In this document: positions 1 to 6,900 of the stretch, piece after piece | How positions within the stretch are numbered: the first letter of the stretch is position 1 | Layout of the letters: each line of letters starts with the position of its first letter | Source: a virus | Lineage: Duplodnaviria > Caudoviricetes | DNA length: 26,491 bases | IMG/VR virus record: IMGVR_UViG_3300005512_000284 | Span: 1-26,491 of that record | Direction: 5' to 3' (one strand) | Notes under the pieces: generated by a model | What the model was told of the DNA's origin: nothing | Seen by the model: only the letters and a program-made list of their open reading frames with translations | Databases searched by the model: none | Translations under genes and position numbers: made by a program

Positions 1-1188
1 TGGATTATTTCCTGTTACATATCCAGTAGATTTTGAATATGCATTTGTTAGATTGAAGTTAGTGCCAACTCCAACGTTATACTGAACACCAGAGTAATCA
101 TCATCAAAATCTACCCAAGTTCCCCCAGTAATGTTTGAACTATCTGGCATTCTGTAAACATCAAACTTACAAGGTGCAGAAGTAGAAAGAAGTTCTAAAT
201 CTGAAATACGAATTGTTGTTCTATTTGGATATCCATTTACAGTTGGTTTGGCACGAATTGCCATTACACACTTAATGTGATTTGGAGCACTATTGGAACC
301 AGGAAGAGAAATTGCAGATGATACTCCATGAGAGAACTCAAATCCACTTTCTTCATATCCACCTTCACTCAATACAGTAGAACAAATCTGCTGCATTGAT
401 GTGACACCAACGGCAGTGTCAGTATTTCTTACTTCGCAACGAATCGGAAGTGAAGGTTGGCTCCAATAAACATATTCTTCCTCGTTTGAATGATTAAACT
501 CGTGACAATATACAAGGCTTCCACCAATAACAAATCCACAACGAATTCTACCAACACCTAACCACTGAAAGTCGGTAGCAAATAATTGAGTTTTTGTAAA
601 GTCAAGACTAATGCTGGAAATACCAACACCATTCATTGGATCTAAAGTCCAATCGGATTGGTTGACAACTGTATCCGATGCAATACCAGAGACATAATCT
701 CTTCTTACAAGAGAAACTGTCCCATCACCTTCCTGCTGAACAAATACTCCATTTCTATCATCAAAGTATCCAGTTCTTTTAACAGTATTCTCTCTTACAT
801 CATTAAAGTTAAAACTAGAAAGAGCAAACTGAGATTTGCCTGGCATGTAGTGATGATACATTCGTGATTGATGTATCACATAATCTGTAGAACCAATTCC
901 AACTACAAGTGATGCTGCTGCTTTATTTCTAAGGTATTCTACTGTAGATGCAGTTCCAACTTTTTTAGTGAGGATTTCTTCATTTAATCCATACTGATGC
1001 GAATAGTCTGCAAGTGTAAAAGGTTCTGATGTTCTTGATCTCCCAAAAGCATCATACCCACCACCACCAGAACCAGTAGATACCCCACAGTCTCCAATGT
1101 TGCCGTATCTATCGGCACACATGAAAACTTCATGAAGTGTCCTTTCTTGATTTAAATAATCTTGTGTAGTCTTATTCCACTGAGCCAT
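1..1188 (-). CDS. Conserved phage hypothetical protein, probably virion-associated beta-rich protein; 3' end truncated by window edge (>=396 aa)
   Basis: Not in the ORF track. Manual translation from ATG at 1188 is open for 396 codons to position 1: MAQWNKTTQDYLNQERTLHEVF...YDAFGRSRTSEPFTL...HYMPGKSQ...GYFDDRNGVF...DFQWLGVGRIRCGFVIGG...LPIRCEV...QICSTVLSEGG. Starts 3 nt after the stop of the upstream ORF. Confidence 0.85.
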   Translation of the reverse strand, partial: MAQWNKTTQDYLNQERTLHEVFMCADRYGNIGDCGVSTGSGGGGYDAFGRSRTSEPFTLADYSHQYGLNEEILTKKVGTASTVEYLRNKAAASLVVGIGSTDYVIHQSRMYHHYMPGKSQFALSSFNFNDVRENTVKRTGYFDDRNGVFVQQEGDGTVSLVRRDYVSGIASDTVVNQSDWTLDPMNGVGISSISLDFTKTQLFATDFQWLGVGRIRCGFVIGGSLVYCHEFNHSNEEEYVYWSQPSLPIRCEVRNTDTAVGVTSMQQICSTVLSEGGYEESGFEFSHGVSSAISLPGSNSAPNHIKCVMAIRAKPTVNGYPNRTTIRISDLELLSTSAPCKFDVYRMPDSSNITGGTWVDFDDDYSGVQYNVGVGTNFNLTNAYSKSTGYVTGNNP

Positions 1189-1191
1189 AAA

Positions 1192-1506
1192 TTAAACCCA
1201 ATCTAATTTTGCTGGATGATATCTCTTACTGTTAGTAATTTTTATAGGAGTATCTCTATCTTCCTGAGTATATATCTGATGTACCATAGAACCAGGATAC
1301 TCATCCTGAAGATACTCAGCTAACTCAGTCTCTGTTGGGATTCCAGTTTCAGTAACGATAGTCAGTCTATGAATACTTCCCTGATAAACAATATCAGCGG
1401 AAAACTCTTCTCCAACCCTTTCTTGGGGTTGGGAGTCATTAACGATGAGAGTGTCTACATGTTGAATATTAACACTCTCTTGAATAAACTCTTTAAAACT
1501 TTTCAT
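1192..1506 (-). CDS. Hypothetical protein (104 aa) with N-terminal T4 capsid-targeting-like peptide; candidate internal head protein
   Basis: Track starts at 1518, but ATG at 1506 overlaps the upstream stop (TGATG) and gives MKSFKEFIQE-S, resembling the T4 internal protein leader MKTYQEFIAE. ORF is solid; function is inferred. Confidence 0.7.
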   Translation of the reverse strand: MKSFKEFIQESVNIQHVDTLIVNDSQPQERVGEEFSADIVYQGSIHRLTIVTETGIPTETELAEYLQDEYPGSMVHQIYTQEDRDTPIKITNSKRYHPAKLDWV

Positions 1507-3212
1507 CAGCAGTTCCAAGCTCTAAGGGACTTATTGATTCTGCTATCGGGATCGTTAGCAGTCTTGGCAGAAGTGAGTTTTTTCTTCATACCTTTCATTC
1601 TTGCACAGAATGATGCTCTTCTCTTATTACCAACCTTCTTAGAAGGTGCTTTTAGATCAGAACCTGGGTTCTCTCTTTCGTAGGACTTACGTCCTTTTTC
1701 ATTGAGACCACCTTCAGGGTTTTTACCTGCCTTCTTGGTCCATGCTGCTCCTTCTGTCTGAAGCAGTGGTTGACCAGGTTCATAATCAGAAACATCATAG
1801 TTTCTTACTTTTCCGCCAGGATAAACCTTTTCAATTTGTGCTTGTACTTCTGCTCTGCTTGGTTTAACAACGGATGGGAAGAACATTTGAATAATATACA
1901 GTTTACCTCTAAAGGTAAGGAAGACTCTTATGATCTGACCGGTTTTTCTTGGAAGAGTGATTGCTTCACTCATTGGTTTTACATAGTTTTTATTCGGTCC
2001 AATTTTTGCACCATCTCCACCCTTTGGTGCAGATTTGCATGACGACATTCCATGTACAGGACATTCAACTCCATTATCGGTATGATTGCACTCAACTGCT
2101 TCTTTCTTTGTTTTATTTCCCCAGTTCTTTGCGCCAACTTTTCTGCACTTGACCAATGCTCCTGACGCATATGCACTTGGCCAAACTGAATAACGTGACT
2201 TAACTTTATGGTAGCAGGCATCTTTCTCACCTTCTACAATATTAATTTCATCACCAACTTCTACATTATTTTCTGCGAACCATCCACGATTTACTTCTAA
2301 TGCATATAGCACTTCTCCATCCGAAGTAACTGGATTCTCTTCAAATGGTTCTAACTGTTTAATGCTTTCAATGATACCGTCCTCTCTGACAAAAGCAATA
2401 TCAAGAGGAATCCTGGTCTCTTTCATATGGAAAGATTGTTGAGCAACTTCCTCAAATACAAACAACATTCCACTATTCTTGTCCAAACTCTCACGGAACA
2501 TCAATCCAAGATTGAAGTCTCTAATGTTATTTGGAACTTCGACCTGTAATGGAAGAGTTACAAACTCTTCATTAGTTACATAATCTGCTGCAGTATCAAT
2601 GTAGTCTGCTGCTTTTGTGATTTTTGATTGAACCCAAGCTTCGAGGTTTCCTTCCCCCTTTTTGCCCATTTTCTTCTCTAATCTTTTTACAGCGTCCTTG
2701 ACAGTTTTTAGTTCAGAACGTGCCATTGAATATTCATGATCTTTTTTAGTCTCTTCAGTTGCCACGTTGATTGCCTTCCCTTTTCTGTCTGGATTTGGAT
2801 CTTTACGATTCTTACGACGGAATGCTCTCTCCTCTTCGTCTTTGGAGAGATTGCGCTTCATTTTGGATGAACCACACTTTGGTTTTGTGGTTTGTCCTGG
2901 TTGTTTTGCACAGGGTTTTCCAGCATATTTACCACCCAGTTGAACCCAACCAGGGGTGCCATCAGAAGAGCGACTCTTGCTAAACCAGTCACGCAGAGAA
3001 GAATCACCACTTTTCGACTCACTCATTCCTCCACCATTTCCATTACCACCGTTTCCATCGCCATTAAGAGATTTGTCGATCCCGACTTCCTCTGGTTCTT
3101 TTCCGTTACCAGAAAATCTTGCAGTCACCCGCATCCCTTTAGAAATGGGTTTACATACTTTGTCGGTGTAGCAGTAATAATATCCTGCCTTACACTTGCC
3201 GCTCTTAGACAT
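1506..3212 (-). CDS. Modular 568-aa protein: about eight mini-domains including a DUF192 domain and several Lys/Arg-rich modules; candidate polyprotein
   Basis: Long ORF preceded by a late promoter motif. aa 216-327 carry DUF192 motifs (GLMFRESL..GMLFVF..MK.T.IPLDIAF..YALEVNRG). C-terminal module AWTKKAGKNPEGGLNEKGRKSY..RRASFCARM resembles DUF6321 as I recall it (unverified). Confidence 0.8.
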   Translation of the reverse strand: MSKSGKCKAGYYYCYTDKVCKPISKGMRVTARFSGNGKEPEEVGIDKSLNGDGNGGNGNGGGMSESKSGDSSLRDWFSKSRSSDGTPGWVQLGGKYAGKPCAKQPGQTTKPKCGSSKMKRNLSKDEEERAFRRKNRKDPNPDRKGKAINVATEETKKDHEYSMARSELKTVKDAVKRLEKKMGKKGEGNLEAWVQSKITKAADYIDTAADYVTNEEFVTLPLQVEVPNNIRDFNLGLMFRESLDKNSGMLFVFEEVAQQSFHMKETRIPLDIAFVREDGIIESIKQLEPFEENPVTSDGEVLYALEVNRGWFAENNVEVGDEINIVEGEKDACYHKVKSRYSVWPSAYASGALVKCRKVGAKNWGNKTKKEAVECNHTDNGVECPVHGMSSCKSAPKGGDGAKIGPNKNYVKPMSEAITLPRKTGQIIRVFLTFRGKLYIIQMFFPSVVKPSRAEVQAQIEKVYPGGKVRNYDVSDYEPGQPLLQTEGAAWTKKAGKNPEGGLNEKGRKSYERENPGSDLKAPSKKVGNKRRASFCARMKGMKKKLTSAKTANDPDSRINKSLRAWNC

Positions 3213-3235
3213 TCAACTGAGTGGATATTCTTTAT

Positions 3236-3243
3236 TATTTATC
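3236..3243 (-). promoter_or_regulatory. T4-type (gp55) late promoter, GATAAATA
   Basis: 7/8 match to TATAAATA in the intergenic gap, about 24 nt upstream of the ATG at 3212. Confidence 0.7.
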
Positions 3244-3267
3244 AACCATCAAGTGCCACAATAAATC

Positions 3268-3633
3268 TTATGCCTTCTGAGCCGTGTAAATTATATTAAA
3301 TCTTGTGAGATCACTTGTTGAAGGGAACCCGAGAAGTCTAATATTGCCACCAGATAAATCTGTAGAAAATGTGGCAATTCCAGATGGATGATTGATTGTT
3401 CCGTATTCAGACATGAAAGTCTGTGATCCATCATGAAGAACCTGAATATTAGTTGTATTATAATTCGTTCCTCTTATTGCCTGAACTTGAAAATTGACAG
3501 AGCGATAAAAAGACGAAGAAACTTCTATAAGAACAGATTGTCCTGTAGATGATGTAGTTGTAACTCCTGAGTTGACAACACCTGCTGTTAGAGATAGTGC
3601 TGAAACTCCTGTTGATCCTACAATATATGGCAT
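3268..3633 (-). CDS. Small beta-rich virion/fibre-associated protein (121 aa, HDG..EYG domain)
   Basis: YRSVNFQVQ..IQVLHDGSQTFMSEYGTI..ATFSTDLSGGNIRLLGFP; the same pattern occurs three times in gp7 in this window. TAATG overlap with upstream ORF at 3633. Confidence 0.7.
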   Translation of the reverse strand: MPYIVGSTGVSALSLTAGVVNSGVTTTSSTGQSVLIEVSSSFYRSVNFQVQAIRGTNYNTTNIQVLHDGSQTFMSEYGTINHPSGIATFSTDLSGGNIRLLGFPSTSDLTRFNIIYTAQKA

Positions 3634-3965
3634 TAGTTTGCTGTCTCCAAGATACTAAGAATTACTTTTAAAGTATTATTATCACTAGCAACAATTTTTA
3701 TAGAATCATTAGTTTCTAAAACCATCTTTCCAGTAATTGGGACAAGCGCGTCATTGAGAGGAACGTTTGCTTGACTAAGAATTTCAGTCTCAGTGGAAGA
3801 TCTTACATGTTTCAAAGTTGTATGCGAAACTATAGTTCCATGATTTGCAACATGAGCATAAAGAACAATGGCAGTATAACCAGTTGGTGCTGTATAAACA
3901 GTCTGCTCAGTATTGGTAACTTCTAAGGTTACTGTTTTAAATCTATTTAGTGCTAATTGTGCCAT
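3633..3965 (-). CDS. Small conserved phage protein (110 aa), probable fibre-associated beta-sandwich
   Basis: Pattern VYTAP..IVL..VAN..VP.ND..KMVLE.ND.I..ILSILE typical of small ORFs following fibre genes in marine phages; begins 1 nt after the stop of the 1133-aa gene. Confidence 0.65.
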   Translation of the reverse strand: MAQLALNRFKTVTLEVTNTEQTVYTAPTGYTAIVLYAHVANHGTIVSHTTLKHVRSSTETEILSQANVPLNDALVPITGKMVLETNDSIKIVASDNNTLKVILSILETAN

Positions 3966-3966
3966 C

Positions 3967-6900
3967 TTAACTGAGTGCTAAAATAAAGGGTGTCATCTCT
4001 GTAAATAAACTACGCGAAAATGCTCTTCCACTAATTGTGCCAGTATTTTGATTAATTTGCAAGTCATCACCAATTCTGAAGTTACCAGATTGATCTGTGC
4101 TAGTATATACTACTTTTCCACCATTTCGACCCACAACTTCATTTGCTTGAACTGGAACGCCGCCTCTCAGTGGAGTAGCAGTTGTAATATCATTACCAGA
4201 TCCAACAAATTCAAAAGTATGTGAACTAGCAATAATTTTACTTTGCTGGAAGAAGTATGCGGTAGATCCTACTCCAATAGTATTGAACAGATTTTCTTCA
4301 AGAGTTAATGTAGTTATCCCAGCAGTGATAGGAGTAGAACTATTTATCGTGTAATAAGTATCTGCCAAGTTAGCAGTTGCTGTAGCAGTTGTGCCAGAAT
4401 CTGGTGCTGAAATAGTAACAGTAACAGTGTCTGATGGATCATATTGACTTCCATTACTGATTATACCAATCTCAGTAACAGAACCACCTTCAATAGTTGC
4501 GAATGCTGTAGCTACTTCTCCATTTGGACCTGATGGGGAAGAGATAGTTACAGAAGGTGTGTTTGTATATCCACTACCCCCATTTGTAATCGTAATTGTA
4601 TCTACAAATTTATATAACTTATCAAAATAAACAACCTGACCGTCATATGGTCTAGTTGTTGACGAACCAACATTTATAACAACGTTATCTTGACCCGACG
4701 CAGCTGAAGCAGTTACAACACCAGTATACTGCAAATCACCGACTCCATCAGCAACTAATCCAAAAGTACCAAAACTTGAATTACTATTTGTTAAATCGCA
4801 AACAGATCCATTGTAGCAAGTAATTGCTTCATTACAGCAAATAGTAAAAACAGAGACTAACTGAGCAAATCCTTGATTGGTGATTGCAACTCCAACACCT
4901 CCTTGATTGTATTGGGTAAATGAATCAACCACGATGGATTTTAAACTTTCTGCTTGAGCACCATCAATTCTCAGTCCAGTTCCAGTTGTTGTGTTACTGG
5001 TACAATTTTGAATATATGGACTTTCCCATTTTCCTCCGCCAACGTTTGTTGCAATTTCTGTTGTTGGGAATCCAACTGCTGCGGATGGAGAAACATGATT
5101 TGTAAAGGTCATATTTGCCAAATAACAACCTTTTCTAACATGAAAAATATCATCAGTTGCAGTATTTGGCGAAACCGTGACAGTCTTTAAGTCATCTCCA
5201 ATAATAGAAACAAACGCAGGAACTTCAATTGGATTATTCTCTGCATAGTTTCCAGCAAGAACTTTAATTACAGTTCCAGATTGTGCAGCTCCAACTGCTG
5301 AAGTAATTGTCAAAAATGCGTTATCAATCGATGTTCCATTATTATCATCACTACCATCTTTAGCAACATAAAGAACATTTGGTGCTGAGTTAATACCACT
5401 GGCATTACCTCTAATTGTTATACTATCTCCAAAATAGACGGCAGAGTCTGTAATGGTAACAATACCTGTTGTAATAGTATTGTTATCGCCATCAATAGTG
5501 ACGGATGCAGTACCAATAGTGAGGATGCCAGTTATTCTTGCATCACCGCGAACTATGAGTGCAGTTGTTGCTGTTCCTGGATCTACTTCAATACCATTTC
5601 TAAACGTCGAAAGTCCAAGAGCATCAACATTTGTAACATCTTCATAGGTTATGGTTCCACCAACTGTAATGTTTCCGTCAATATATTGATTTCCTTCAAT
5701 ATAAAGAGCAAAATCATCTCTAGCTGTGGTAGCAATACCAACGTTTTTAGTTGTATGGATACCAGCAGATCCTACTGACCAGGTTCCACCTGCACCAACA
5801 TCCGCAGAAATACTAATATCAACTCTGTCGCCATTAACTGCAAATGTATTTCCAGTCCCAACAAAGTTTAATGTTCTTACACCATCTTTGATTAAATAAC
5901 CAGCAGACTGAATTCCAATACTGCCAACAGATGTACTAGCAATACCAACCCACTTAGAACGTGATTGGTCATAAATGAGAAGTTTATCATTGCCTGTTGC
6001 ACCATCAAACTCAACATCATCAAGATCTTTGATGAATCCAGCACCACCGCCACCAATAGATCCGAGTTGATACTGTACTCTCTCTACGAATCTTTTATAG
6101 TGTTGCTGTAACTGATCAAGAGTCACAAAGTTCTGATCAATAGGAGTAAGAGGATCTGGATTATCAGTATCTGGTGGATCTGCATCAAGAGGAACATTAG
6201 TCTCTGCTAAAAGTTTCTGCTCTTCCTGCAGTTTCTTTTGAGAAGACTTAATATCCTCAATGATCTTATAAAGACCTTTGATATCAGACTTTACATAATC
6301 AATATCTTTATCATAATACTTGACTTCAGGAAGACTAGAAATCTCTTCCTTCAATTCATTAAAATACTTAAGAAGTAACTCATCAGTTTTTACACTGGTA
6401 TAGTTAATCTCCTTTAGTTCTTTATTGATATTTTTCTTTAGAGTGTTGTACTCTCCAAGAATCTGTTTCTTAAGTTTACGATCATCATCTTTAAACTCTT
6501 TGTGGTACTCCCACATTTTAAGAGATGAAGATCTCATCTCCTTCCAGATTTTTTCTTTCTCTTCGTCAATACGAACGTTTACTTTACTATCAAGATCATT
6601 GATATCAGAATCAATCTTGACTGTATTGTTAAAGTACTTTGTCTCTAAATCTTCAGATAGTTGCTCAAGGTCATATTCAACTTTCCCTCGCAATCCTTCA
6701 ATTTTATCGGAGACTTTTATAAAGTCATCTTCAATAACACTAAAGGTTTTGCCAATCCAAGAGAAGTCTGGAACTTCATTTATTTCATTGATCCATTTAG
6801 GAAACTTAGGAATCGATGCTTTAACTTGATCAATTGCCTCACAGATCGCTTCAATTTCAGAATCATAATATTTTACTTCGGGTAAGTTTGCTACTTCAGT

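Noticed and set aside
1507-1518. Track start for the 108-aa ORF
   Set aside because: A non-ATG start inside the upstream gene; the ATG at 1506 with TGATG coupling is more plausible.
3024-3066. Gly/Asn run NGDGNGGNGNGGG as a DNA microsatellite or contingency locus
   Set aside because: Codons are mixed; better explained as a flexible peptide linker.
3286-3300. Programmed -1 frameshift from the 121-aa ORF into the YNLHGSEG frame
   Set aside because: No canonical X XXY YYZ slippery heptamer in the right phase and no downstream structure seen.
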